In this document: positions 38,519 through 51,400 of the stretch, in pieces | Position numbering within the stretch: the first letter of the stretch is position 1 | How the letters are laid out: the number at the start of each line of letters is the position of its first letter | Assembly (NCBI GenBank): GCA_030390025.1 | Contig: CM059432.1 | Span: 94,304,001 to 94,368,000, forward strand | From: Squalus acanthias | Taxonomy: Eukaryota | Reading direction: 5' to 3' | DNA length: 64,000 bases | The notes under the pieces: generated by a model | What the model was told of the DNA's origin: nothing | Databases searched by the model: none | Seen by the model: the letters and a program-made list of their open reading frames with translations, nothing else | Position numbers and translations under genes: made by a program

Positions 38519-40328
38519 AGGCTTAGAAATGCGATGCTTTAATGCTGGCTGTTAAGGCCAGTTTTGTAGAAAAAATGGCGGCCGCCTCGCTTCCTCCCAC
38601 TTCTGGTGCGGAACGAGACGGCCGCCACATTGAACAGGTCGGCAGCGCTGCTGTTGCCTGTGCTTGCCGCAAGTATTTTAATTACCAGGAGCGTGACATC
38701 AATCGGCGTGCAATTGACGCATGCTCTTCCATTTTAGAGCTCGCCGCTCCTCTTACTGCTCTCTCCAAAGCACGCCTGTGTGTGCAGCCGTTGACAGCGC
38801 ATAGAGCCGGGAGAAAGCGGCGGTGAGCTATAAACCCTACAGTAAACAGCTGCTGAGATAACTGGTAACTATGGAGAGCTCAGACTACGTATTTGGAGTG
38901 AAAACTGCTTCCAATGAGATGCATCAAATCTTCCCCGGTCAGTCATACATTACAAGAGGTAAATACTTTTAACATAAACTATACTGTACTACAGTTGTAA
39001 TAATCTCAGGAAAAAAATAAAACTGCATTTTCTCAAATTTTATACAATGGGTTTTCTAGTTTAGGGACTGATAAAATAAGATGCAAAGTTTGGAAGTCTG
39101 TTTTTAAAAGGCTTAACACCATATTCTCAGCAAGAGTTCTTCAAAAGTCTGCTGTTGTTAAAAATGTAATTGAACTCTTTTCTGCATGATTTACACCAGT
39201 AAATTCCTATTTTGAAATTTATTTCAATTGATTTCTCATGCAATGGTTTAAGGACATCTATGCCACAGTCTTTATGTGCTTTTTCTAGTCACAGTCTCTC
39301 CAGATCTGGCCTGTGCTTTAAGACCCACTCACCAGGGAGTGAATCCCCTATGTGATATGCAGGCTAGTGCACTTTTTTATTCATTCACGGGATGTGGATG
39401 TCACTGACAAGGCCGGCATTTATTGCCCATCCCTAATTGCAGAAGGTGGTGTTGAGCTGCCTTTTTGAATACAACTGAGTGGCTTGCTAGGCCACTTCAG
39501 AGGGCAGTTAAGAGTCAACCACATTGCTGTGGGTCTGGAGTCACATATAGGCAGATTACCTTCCCTAAAGGACATTAGTGAACCAGATGGGTTTTTACGA
39601 CAATCCGGTAGTTTCATGGTCACCATTACTGATACTAGCTTTTTAGTCCAGATTTATTTAATTATTTGAATTGAAATTCCCCAGCTGCTGCAGTGGGATT
39701 TGAACTCATGTGTCCGGATCATTAATCCAGGCCTCTGGATTACTAGTCCAGTAACATAATCACTATCCTGCCATACCGTACTGTCACTGCTAGCTGCAAG
39801 ACGGTGCATCCCCATCCCCCTCCAGCACCATGGTGGAGCACAAATCTCCACACAGCAACCATCTGGGTGGAACATTTGCGGACCTAAGGCAGCCAGTGAA
39901 GGTGGGAGTACCAGGCAGTCTGGTACTCAGTTGTGGACCCTACACAAGACCCAGACAAATGTCCAAGAAAGTAAGAGGGGGGGGCATGGACAAACAAATG
40001 CCTCTAATGTGCCACAACGGTCAATGTTCCAACCCTACAAGGGCCATCAGCAGACTCATACCTCCTGACCGAGCAAAACCCAGGAGCCGTCACCAAATGA
40101 TCTGAAACAGCACACTGCCCGAGAACGCTGCACCGATCCTTTAGACACAACCTTCGGCCTCCTGCTGAGGTTACCGCCGGCAAGAGTGCGTTGCACAAGA
40201 GATTCTGTGCTCTGCTTATGTAAATCAGCAGGCAGTATCGGTGCTGCCTGCGCTCTTTTTGCTGGCGGCCATTAACCTCGACGTGCGGTGGCACTGCCAC
40301 TTTTCGGCCTAATTGAATTTCTAGGCCC
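38519..40328. mobile_element. Non-autonomous Harbinger-type element inserted in CR1
   Basis: Termini AGGCTTAGAAAT / ATTTCTAGGCCC resemble the MITE at 10341. It interrupts the CR1 KTPGPD motif, and the TSD is unclear. Confidence 0.6.
39373..39781 (-). mobile_element. tRNA-headed SINE equal to the two ends of the LINE at 1296-4436
   Basis: 39373-39469 matches LINE 1296-1400 and 39470-39781 matches LINE 4110-4436. B box GTTCAAATCC is retained. Confidence 0.9.
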
Positions 40329-43300
40329 CAGTACAGACAGATTGCATTCGCACATATGAAAAGAATCTATGGCACTATTACACATATTTAATAATTCTTT
40401 AGAAAAGAGGTGTAGTGTCAGAGGGCTGGTAGATAGCTAACGTTATATCTATATTTAAGAAGGGAGGTAGAATATGTTCAGGGAACTATAGACCAGTCAG
40501 CTTAACATCGGTAGTAGGAAAAATAATGGAATCCCTACTAAAGGAGAAAATGGAAAAACATCTAGAAACCAAAGATATAATATTGAATGGTCAACATGGC
40601 TTTCAAAAGGGAAAGTCTTGCTTGACCAACCTCATAGAATTCTTTGAAGAGGTAACAGAGAGAGTAGACAGGGTAATGTAGTAGATGTAATATATCTAGA
40701 TTTTCAAAAGGCCTTCGCTAAGGTACCACATAATAGACTAATGAATAAGGTCGAGCATGCAGAGTAAGGGGACAATTAGCAGAATGGATAGGTAGCTGGC
40801 TGAAAGGGTAGCTATTCAGAGTGGCAGAAGGTAGGAAGTGGGGTCCCACAAGGATCAGTGCTGGGACCACTGTTGTTCACAATTTATATTAATGAATTAG
40901 ACTTTGGAATCAAAAACACAACTTCTAAATTAGTGGACGACACCAAATAGGGAAGGACAGTCAACACTGAGGAGTACTGCAACAAATTACAAGAAGACAT
41001 TAATAAACTTGAAGAATGGGCATATAATTGGCAAATGAATTTCAACATAGATAAGTATGAGATATTACATTTTGGTAAGAAAAATAAGGAGGTCACATAT
41101 TACTTGGAAAATAAGAATCTAAATAGGGTAGTGGAGCAAAGGGATCTGGGAGTACAAATACACAAATCACTAAAAGTTGCGACGCAGGTCAATAAGGCCA
41201 TAACAAAAGCGAACCAGGGAATAGAGTTTATTTTTAGAATTGAAAAGTAGAGACGTTATGCTAAATTTGTATCAAACCTTGGTTAGACCACACTTGGAGT
41301 GCTGTGTGCAGTTCTAGTCGTCATATTATAAAAAGGATATAAAGGCACTGGAGAGGGTGCAAAAAAGATTTACAAGGATGATACTAGAACTGCGAGGTTG
41401 TACCTATCAGGAAAGGATGAACATGCTGGGTCTTTTTTCTCTTGAAAAGAGAAGGCTGAGGGGTAATCTAATAGAGGTCTTTAAAATTATGCAAGGCTTT
41501 GATAGAGTGGATACAGAGAGAATGTTTCCACTTGTGGGGAAGAGCAAAACTAGAGGCCATCAATATGCGACAGTCACCAAGAAATCAAATAGGGAATTAA
41601 AAAAAAACTTCTTTACCCAGAGAGTGGTGAGAATGTGGAACTCGCTACCATAGGGAGTAGTTGAGGCAAATAGTATAGATGCATTTAAAGGGACGCTAGA
41701 TAAGAGGAGGAGTAAATAGAGGGTTACGCTGATAGAGTTAGATGAGGAAGGATGGGAGGAGGCTCGAGTGGAGCATAAACACCAGCATGGACTGGTTGGG
41801 CCGAATGGCCTGTTTCTGTGCCGTATATCCTATTGCTGTACTCCAATAGTAGCCAAAAGGCCCCTGAAGCCGATGGTTAATCCCACTCCTGCATGCCCAT
41901 CAGGTGTGCAGCTGCGCCTCATTTTCTTCCCTCAATTTCTAGTGCAAGGCCCGTCCAGGGGTCAGACCTGCATCAGGGCCAAAGTGATGACCTGGCCCGC
42001 CAAATTAGGACACACCTTGGCCTGCACAGACGGAGTGAACTTCTGGTGTGCTTCACCTGTCTAATGTCGGGGCAAGGTGGTTGGCTGGGGGGGAAGGGGG
42101 CAGGAAAGGAAAGGCATATCAAGGCCATACAATCTTCAGAGAGAGGATACTTTCATTCCATAAACCTGGGCTAGATGGAACCCAGATCCCTGTGCTTAAA
42201 GGCAAATGCTTTATCTCACTGCATCAAACAGTCCCCAGACAGAACACCTTTAAATTATTCAATGCAAATATGGATACATAAAATTAGATAAGAAAATTAA
42301 TAGAAAATATTGACTACACAGGAGTATTCATAAAGCAGAAGCCTCATGAAAGGGTTCAGATGAAATAAACCATAAGCTAAGGTCTAATAAGAGATTACAG
42401 GCATGAAATCACCCCGTAATATATGTTATTTTTCTTATATATAATATATACTATCTTTATATGCCAGCTTTATTTAGTTGGAGATCAGTTTTTATCATGT
42501 AGCAGCTGTCACTGTGCTCCATGTTGTCGATGTGAAATGAATTTTACACTAACAGGTTAAAGACTGTGGTGTAATTACTGCAGGTTTATTAAGAAACAAT
42601 CTGCAGTTGATTATGAGCAAATTTTATGTCCAGCATAAGTAATTCAAGGGTAAACAAGAGACCATTCCCACATTAATCATAACATTTAATACTCTCATGA
42701 GCCAATCAGAATAAAAAATGGGCTTCCATCAGTCCAGTGATTCCAGGGAGCTGACTGTGAACTAGCTCAGCTCTAAATCATACGGCCTGCCTAAGAAATA
42801 TTTTTTCTTGCTGACTGATTATTATGACCCACATTCAGCATGATTGCTCTCTGCTGCCAAGTATCCTGTAGAAATTTCAATAAGGTTACTAATTATGTGG
42901 CCATGAAACGTGTCATTTAACACAAATTGCTCATTTTCAATGGTTTCTGACACCCCATTAATTTTTCTAAAAGCAATACAGTTGCATTATGTGAGTCTGT
43001 TACCTTATTTTACACATTATATTTGTTCCACAAATAATGTACATCATAATTATATAATGGAGTACTATACAGTAGAACATTGAGCTGTAACTTTTAAATA
43101 AAAGATTCCGATTTTGTTAAAATTCAGAAATGCTTAATTTTCTTACACTGGTTTCATGGAAAGCACACTATGATTCCTCTTTTTTAACTGTATTTATTTC
43201 TATCTATCACAAATGCTCTCTGCCAGAGGCAGCAATTTGTGCTCAGGTAAAAGTACAAGATATTAGCGCGTGCTGCAGTTAATTGAAAATTAGCTACTAC

Positions 43301-46300
43301 AATTATACAAAATTGACTTTTATCACTTATAAAACCTTTTTTTAAAAAACAAATTTTTTAATCAATTATGTTTTTGGATGAAACTCATACTTGTCAAGAT
43401 TACTGTGTAATTTTACGAATCCATGCTCCTGGCAGGAAGACTTGCCTGCTGGGACTGCATATTACAAATTCGGATGCACACTGTCCACGATTTTCCAGTC
43501 ATTATTTTTAATAAAATTACCCCCTTCATGAAAATCCTGCTGGATCAATGGCGAGACAGGCTTTGCACCTGCCCATCTTGATGAGTGCTGACCCAAAGTC
43601 AGGCTCATTTGCATGCCGGCAGCTGGTTCCTAGCAGTACGTGCATCACTGTGCCTTCTGTCTCAGGCAGGGGTTGGGGAGGAGTTAAATGGCTGCGGCAT
43701 CACTTTGGGTATTCAACAACTACCGCCCCTCCGGTGAAAGCTCTCCAGAGTGGTGACAGATGCTGGGAACCCAAAATCGGTAAAAGCAGGGCACAAAATA
43801 CAGCCTAGGAGTCCACTTTTGGCAGAAATCTGTCACATTGCATGTTCTATTACTGTCACAGCCACAATCTGACGTATTTTCTGCTATTCATTAATATTGG
43901 CGTAGTTACAAAGTGGTGAAACTGGCAACATGTACTCAGGTGGAAATAGTCGAGAGGCAAACAAACAGAAGGTAGTGCAGGGCATAACATTTATTAGTCA
44001 AACTTGTACTTAAGCTTATCTGCATGGCATAGCCATTTGTCTGCGGCAATCATACATCATAGCCAATAGCTGGTACAATTTAATGTAATTATCCTCTATA
44101 TAGTGGTTACCACTGTATTCTGTACTACAGACACTTAGTCCAGCCAATTATGGACTTTCTTTGACTCTTCTACACAAGTGAAATTGTCAATCATCATTAA
44201 TTGCTTCCATCATTTGCGATTCCTGATTAGTGTAGAGAATGACAGTACCACCCAGGTAGCAGATGACGATCTTGAGTTTGTGGAATGATTGATTAAAGAC
44301 GTCAGAGCTATCAATCAATGAGTCTCTGTTAACAGATTTGTACATGAACTTTGACCTAGGTATGCTCAAGTAAAGGACTGGAAAAATTACCATACAAAAA
44401 AATAGCAGATCGTTAAGAAATGTCAAGACAATTGAAACAGTGAATCAGAGGAAGCAATTCATTAAATCATTGAAAGCATTCATGTTGGACCATCACATCA
44501 GCTTTCATATATACAACTGTCAATCAGACATTCCATCTGTATATAGTGGTCGGGTCACCTGGAAATTACTGCTAATCCAGCGACATCCTTTCCATCCTAG
44601 AAAACTAACAAACCAACAGCTTCAAAAAAATTGACACAGCCTCCAAGAAGCTGACAACTCAACAACAGTCCTGATTATGCGCCCATGACATGTGAAAATG
44701 ACCTTGTAACTAAAGCTGTTGGTGCACTCAATGTTCGTTCACTTATATTAGAATAAAACATAACTACATGAAAACATGCAGGGAGAAGTCCAAATGTGGA
44801 CGGCATAAAATGTGTGGTGCATTTCTAGATGGTCCAGGCTCACAGAATCATAGAATGGTTACAGCACAGAAGGAGGCCATTCGGCCCATCGAGCCCATGC
44901 CGGCTCTCAGTAAGAGCACTTCAGCTAGTCCCACTCTCCCGCACACTCCCCTGCCTCCACCATCCTTTCAGGCAGTGCATTCCAGATCCTAACCACTCGC
45001 TGTGTAAAAAAGTTTCCCCTCATGTTGTCTTTGGTTCTTCTGTCAATCACCTTAAATCTGTGTCCTCTGGTTCTCGACCCATCTGCCAATGGGAACAGTT
45101 TCTCTCTATCTACACCCCTCATGATTTTGAACACCTCTATCAAATCTCCTCTCAACCTTCTCTGCTCTAAGGAGAACAACCTCAGCTTCTCCAGTCTATC
45201 CACGTAACTGAAGTCCCTCATCCCTGGAAACATTCTTGTAAATCTTTTCTGCACCTTCTCTAAGGCCTTCACATACTTCCTAAAGAGCAGTGCTCAGAAT
45301 TGGACACAATACTCCAGTTGAAGCCGAACCAGCGTTTTATAAAGGTTCATCATAACTTCCATGCTTTTTTACTCTATGCATCTATTTATGAAGCCCAGGA
45401 TCCCGTATGTTTTTTTTAACCGTTTTCTCAACCAGCCCTGCCACCTTCAATGATTTGTGCACATATACCCCCAGGTCTCTCTGTTCATGCACCCCCTTTA
45501 GAATTGTACCCTTTAGTTTATATTGCCTCTCCTCGTTCTTCCTACCGAAATGTATCACTTTGCACTTTTCTGCATTAAATTTCATCTGCAACGTGTCTGC
45601 CCATTCCACCAGCCTGTCTATGCCCTCTTGAAGTCTACCACTATCCTCCTCACTGTTTACTATACTTCCAAGTTTTGTGTCATCTGCAAATTTTGAAATT
45701 GTGCCCTGTACACCCAAGTCCAAGTCATTAATATATATCAAGAAAACCAGTGGTCCTAGTAGCGACACCTGGGGAACACCACTGAATACCTTCCTCCAGT
45801 CCGAAAAACAACCGCTCACCACTAGTCTCTGTTTCCTGTCACTTAGCCAATTTCGTATCCATGCTGCCACTGTCCCTTTCATTCCATGAGCTTCAAATTT
45901 GCTGGCAAGCTTATTATGAGACCGGAAGGAGCGGACCTGGAGGGAGCACAGTGAGAGCGGAGCAGTTAAAAGGAGCATTCCCGAGTGGCAGTAGCCTGAG
46001 ACCGGAAGGAGCGGACCTGGAGGGAGCACAGCGAGAGCGGAGAAGTTAAAAGGAGCGGCAGCAACTCAACAGAGGCAGTTTTTGAAAAAGTGACGTCAGA
46101 GTAAAAAATGTGACATTGGCACAAGGGAAGGAACTGATTGGTGAGTAGCTGGTGAATGTTTTTTGTTAAGTTTTAAGTTTATTTCTGCAGAGTTAGTTCT
46201 TAGTCTATTAAATAGAGGCATGGCAGGGCAGCTCAATCCTGTGGAGTCCTGGATGCTTCACGTAGCCTGGACGACCACATGTGCAGGAAGTGTCACCAGC

Positions 46301-48267
46301 TACAGCAACTCAAGCTCCGGAGATTGAGCGGCGGCTGGAGTCACTGCGGTGCATCCGCGAGGCTGAGAGTTACGTGGATAGCACGTTTCTAGAGGTGGTC
46401 ACCCCGCAGCTTAAGAGTTTGCAGGCAGAGAGGGAATGGGTGACCACCAGACAGAAGAGGAGGACCAGGCAGATAGTGCAGGAGTCCCCAGCGTGTATCG
46501 CGCTCTCCAACCAGTATTCTGTTCTGAGTACTGGTGAGGGCGATGGTTCCTCTGGGGAGTGCAGCCAGAGTCAAGTCCATGGCACCACGGGTGGCTCAGC
46601 TGCACAGAGGGGGAGGAAAAAGAGTGGAAGAGCAATAGTGGTATGGGATTTGATAGTTAGGGGAGCAGACAGGCGTTTCTGCGGCCGTAGACATGACTCC
46701 AGGATGGTATGTTGCCTCCCTGGTGCCAGGGTCAAGGATGTCACTGAGCGGCTGCAGGACACTCTGAGGGGGGAGGGTGAACAGCCAGAGGTCGTTGTCC
46801 ATATTGGTACCAACGACATAGGCAGAAAGAGGGATAAAGTCCTGCAGGCAGAGTTTAGGGAGCTAGGAGAGACATTAAAAGCAGGACCTCAAAGGTAGTA
46901 ATCTCCGGATTACTCCCGGTGCCACGTGCTAGTGAGTACAGGATTAGGAAGATAGAACAGATGAAAGATTGGCTGGAGAGATGGTGCAGGAGGGAGGGCT
47001 TTAGATTCCTGAGGCATTGGGACCGTTTCTGGGGAAGGTGGGACCTGTACAAGCCGGACGGGTTACACCTCAACAGAGCTGGGACCAATATTCTCGCGGG
47101 GAGGTTGGTTAGTGCTGTTGGAGAGGGTTTAAACTAACTTGGCAGGGGGATGGGCACCAGCATATAGGAGTAGCAAAGAGGAATAAGGTGTCAAGGATCG
47201 CAAGCTTCAACAACTCTTGGACACCAACGCCCCTCCGGAACCTTCTTCCCCTTCACTTTCTCTGACCCCCCTTCTCCCAATCTCATCCCCTGCCGCGTTT
47301 TCACTATCCCCTCTGACCTTCCCCTCTCTGACTCCGAACGATCAGTCCTCAGCAAAGGCCTGAGCTTCATCCCCTTACACCCCCACCTCAATGAATTTCG
47401 AGCTCGGCACGATGCTGAGCTCTTTTTCCGCCGCCTCCGTCTCCGTGCCCACTTCTCTGGCCAGGAGTCTTCCCCCCGCACGGCTGACCCTTTCTCCCGC
47501 TTTCAGAATTCTCGTTCCACCTGGACCCCTCCCTCTGGCCTCTTACCCTCTCTAGATCTTTTCATTGCAAACTGCCGCCGTGACATTGGCCGTCTCCATT
47601 TCTCTGCTCCCCTCTCTCACTCCAACCTACCTCCCTCTGAACTTGCAGCACTCCATTCTCTCAGATCCAACCCCGACATTGTCATTAAACCTGCTGACAA
47701 GGGTGGTGCTGTTGTTGTTTGGCGAACCGACCTCTACCTAGCGGAAGTTGAACGCCAACTCTCCGACACCTCCTCCTACCTCCACCTGGACCATGACCCC
47801 ACTACAGAACATCAAGCCACTGTGTCCAAGACTGTCACTGACCTCATCTCCTCTGGAGATCTTCCCCCCGCGGCCGCCAACCTCATAGTTCCCCAACCCC
47901 GCACAGCCCGCTTCTACCTCCTTCCCAAGATCCACAAACAGGACTGCCCTGGTAGACCCATCGTTTCAGCCTGCTCTTGCCCCACGGAACTTATCTCTTC
48001 CTATCTCGATTCTATTTTTTCTCCCCTTGTCCAGTCCCTTCCCACCTACATCCGCGATTCCTCTGACGCCCTCCGCCACTTTAACAGTTTCCAGTTTCCT
48101 GGCCCCAACCGCCTCCTTTTCACCATGGACGTACAATCCCTCTACACCTCCATCCCCCACCAGGATGGCCTGAGGGCGCTCCGCTTTTTCCTTGAACAGA
48201 GGCCCGACCAGTCCCCATCCACCGCCACCCTCCTCCGCCTGGCTGAACTTGTTCTCACATTGAACAA

Positions 48268-48461
48268 TGTCGTAAGAATGAGCCTTACGCGTGGTGAACT
48301 TAAAGTAAGCTTTAATCAACTAAAAAGGTGCTACATACAAAAGAGGTCTTACTCTATGCCTCTCCAGGATCCAACTGCTCAGTCCAGTATTTATCCTGGA
48401 CTAATCACAGGAAGTGATGCAATAAAGTTCGAGTCACAGGAAGCTGTATTGTGTTACCACA
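48268..48461 (-). repeat. 3' LTR of Gypsy
   Basis: Identical by eye to 52515-52708. Confidence 0.97.
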
Positions 48462-48479
48462 TTCTCCCCCCCCAAAAGA

Positions 48480-51400
48480 TTAGGAGGCCGGGATGCTCCC
48501 TCCATTTCGTAGCCGCCGGACGAGGGAGAGCCGCACCCGTTTGGGTTCTCGTAGCGGTAGAGGGCCCCTAGCCCGTTTACCCGCCGCGGGCCGTGGACCA
48601 GAGTCCGAGTGATCCAGCCCGCTCTGAGGGGGGTCAGGACGATCCTGACTGTGTACTGGTGCCCGAACGGGTGTCGGGCAGGGCTGTGGCAGATCCGTTT
48701 CCGAGCGTATGGTACGGGGTGGATCGTGGCTGCGCGTGCGAGCCCCGACGGGCTCATAGTCAGTCTGCCCCAGGTCGGCACGCTGGAGTGAGGTACCAGC
48801 CGGCGTCAGATCCAGATCGTGATGAGAGGCACCTGGCGAGCCCAGAGATGTGCCTGGTACAATATCATCCCCTGGTGTCCCTCTATGTTTCGGCGGGCAG
48901 GGAGCCAGATCCCGCAATGACACGGTAGATTCCCGACCGTCAGGATACCGAATATAGGCGTAGGTAGGGTTGACGTCAGTGAGCTCAACCTCATCTACCA
49001 GGGGGTCATTCTTAGACGCCCGGACATATCTTCGGAGTAGCACTGGTCCCGGTGCAGTCAGCCACGACGGGAGAGATATCCCATAGGATGAGCGACGCTG
49101 AAATCGGAAGAACCGTTCATGAGGCGTCGTATTTGTGGCGGTCGAAAGGAGGGACCGTGTGGAGTGTAATGCGTCTGGAAGTACTGCTTCCCATTGCTGG
49201 TTGGGTAGGCCCCGAGATCTCAAAGCCAGACGTACCGCATTCCAGATGATAGCGTTAAAACGCTCGACTTGCCCATTCCCGACCGGATGATAAGGCGTCG
49301 TTCTGCTGGCAGCAATACCCCGTTCCGAGAGATAGGCCTTGAGTTCTCCTGACATAAAAGAAGGGCCCCGATCCGAATGAACATAGGATGCCATGCCACA
49401 GAAAGCAAATACCTGCTCAAGGCAGCTGATAACCGTGGTCGTCAGCATATTGGGGCAGGGAAAGGCAAACGGAAAACGGGAATACTCATCGACCATGGTC
49501 AATAGATAAGTGTTGCGAGTTGAAGAGGGCAACGGCCCCTTAAAATCGATGCTAAGCCGTTGCATTGGCTGGGTCGCATGTATGAGTATACCACCCGAGG
49601 GGCGGAAAAACTGAGGTTTCAATTCCGCACAGACTCTGCAGTCCGAGCACATCTTCTTTACATCCCCGGTAGAGAATGGGAGATTTCGGGACCGCACGAA
49701 GTGTAGCATGCGAGTAACGCCCGGATGACACAACCCATCATGGATGTCTACGAGTGTAGAGGGTGCCATGGCGGAGCAGAATGCTCGTGTGAGGGTATCC
49801 GGAGCCACATTCTCCTTGCCAGGTCGATAGTGGATGGTGTAACCAAAAGAGGCCAATTCCAGCCGCCAAAGCTGGATTTTATTATTTTTAATTTTGGTCC
49901 GTTTTCGATTATCGAGCATGAAGGCGACCGATCGCTGGTCCGTGATTAAGGTAAAGTGCTGGCGAGCTAGGAGATGAGTCCACTTCCGTACTGCCTCTAT
50001 GATGGCTGTAGCTTCTTTCTCGACTGGAGGATAATGTAGCTCAGCCCCTTGAAAAGTCCTGGACAAAAATGCCACCGGACGACCTTCCTGATTCAGAGTG
50101 GCCGAGATCGCCACCTCCGAGGCATCACACTCAACAACAAAAGGAAGACTCTCATCGATGGAGTGAAGAGCCGCTTTCTCCAACTGTTTTTTCAGGAGGT
50201 TAAAGGCTGCAACAGCCGCTGTGTCTAGTGGGAATGTGCTGGCCTTCAGTAGAGGTTGGATTCGGTCAGAGAAGTTAGGAATCCATTTAGCATAGTATGC
50301 AAACAGGCCGAGGGCCCGGCGCAAGGAGGCCGGATTCTTAGGTGGCGGGAGCTCTTGGAGTGGGCGAAGCCTTTCAGGGTCAGGTTTAATGATGCCATTG
50401 CCCACACAATAGCCAAGGATGTTGATGGTTGGTTGTGACTCAATGGATTTAGCCGCATTTAATGTCAAATTACGGTGCTGGAGTGCATCCCAAAATCGTT
50501 GGAGATTGGCGTCATGTTCCCGCTGATTGCGACCTGCGACAGTAATATTGTCCAGATAAGGAAACGTATCCTTCAAATCTTCCTGTTTGACCAGGTCATC
50601 CATTGCTCGCTGGAAGACAGCCACTCCATTAGTGACCCCAAAGGGGAGGCGACGAAATTGATACAGCCGTCCATTGGCTTCAAAGGCCGTATACTGCTTG
50701 TCTGAGACCTTCAAGGGTACCTGATGATAGGCACTTTTCAGATCATATGTTGAGAACACCGTGTACTCAGCCAGTTTATTAACCATATCATCGATGCGCG
50801 GCAATGGGTATGCGTCCAAGTCCGTATATTGATTGATGGTCTGTGAATAGTCAATGCACAGCCGTTTCTTGTGAGGTTGTAGAGGGTTCTTAACAATAAC
50901 GACCTGGGCGCGCCATGGCGACGAACAAGGCTCGATGGTATCCTCTACTAAAAGCCGAGAAATCTCAGCCGCAATAAAAGACTGGTCTTCCTGACTGAAA
51001 CGTCGTGACTTTGTTATAATCGGTTTGCATCGAGGAGGAATACTGGTAAACAGTGAGGGTTCATCCAGTGAAGCTGCTGACAATGCACAGAACGGTAATC
51101 GAGGTCGTATATTAGAAATAGTGAGTTCAGGTTTGGATCCGCCGAACTCAATGGTGAGTTTCTTATGCTGCTTTTGAAAATCCAGCCCTAAGATAAGATC
51201 ACTACATAAGTCCTTGAGCACCGAAAGCCGGGTGGAGGGATACCTGCGACCATTAAGTGTTATTTCAACCATACAAAAGCCAGAAATTCTGGTATTAAGT
51301 GATGACTGAGCCATCGCAATTGCCTGGTCCGATGGGAAAACATGTAGCTTTAACTCTGCAACAATCTGTTCCCTAATGAAACTATCAGTGCTACCTGAGT

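Larger units (their letters stand above)
37470..41830 (+). mobile_element. Older, degraded CR1 LINE ORF2 split by a 1.8-kb insertion
   Basis: EN motifs (YRPP, GDFNYP, SDHN) run to KTP at about 38515. The element resumes at about 40330 with NYRPVSLTS, QHGF and VPQGSVLGP and ends in the CR1 3' UTR. Confidence 0.85.

Noticed and set aside
42500..43350. Possible conserved non-coding element in TE-free AT-rich DNA
   Set aside because: Conservation cannot be judged without a cross-species alignment.
44000..44800. Very old RTE-like LINE remnant (CYLGGT on the minus strand)
   Set aside because: Too degenerate to support by eye.
47822..48571. 249-aa ORF that looks like an RT fused to a novel C-terminus
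   Set aside because: It is Penelope RT reading through into the antisense Gypsy LTR, an artefact of the insertion.
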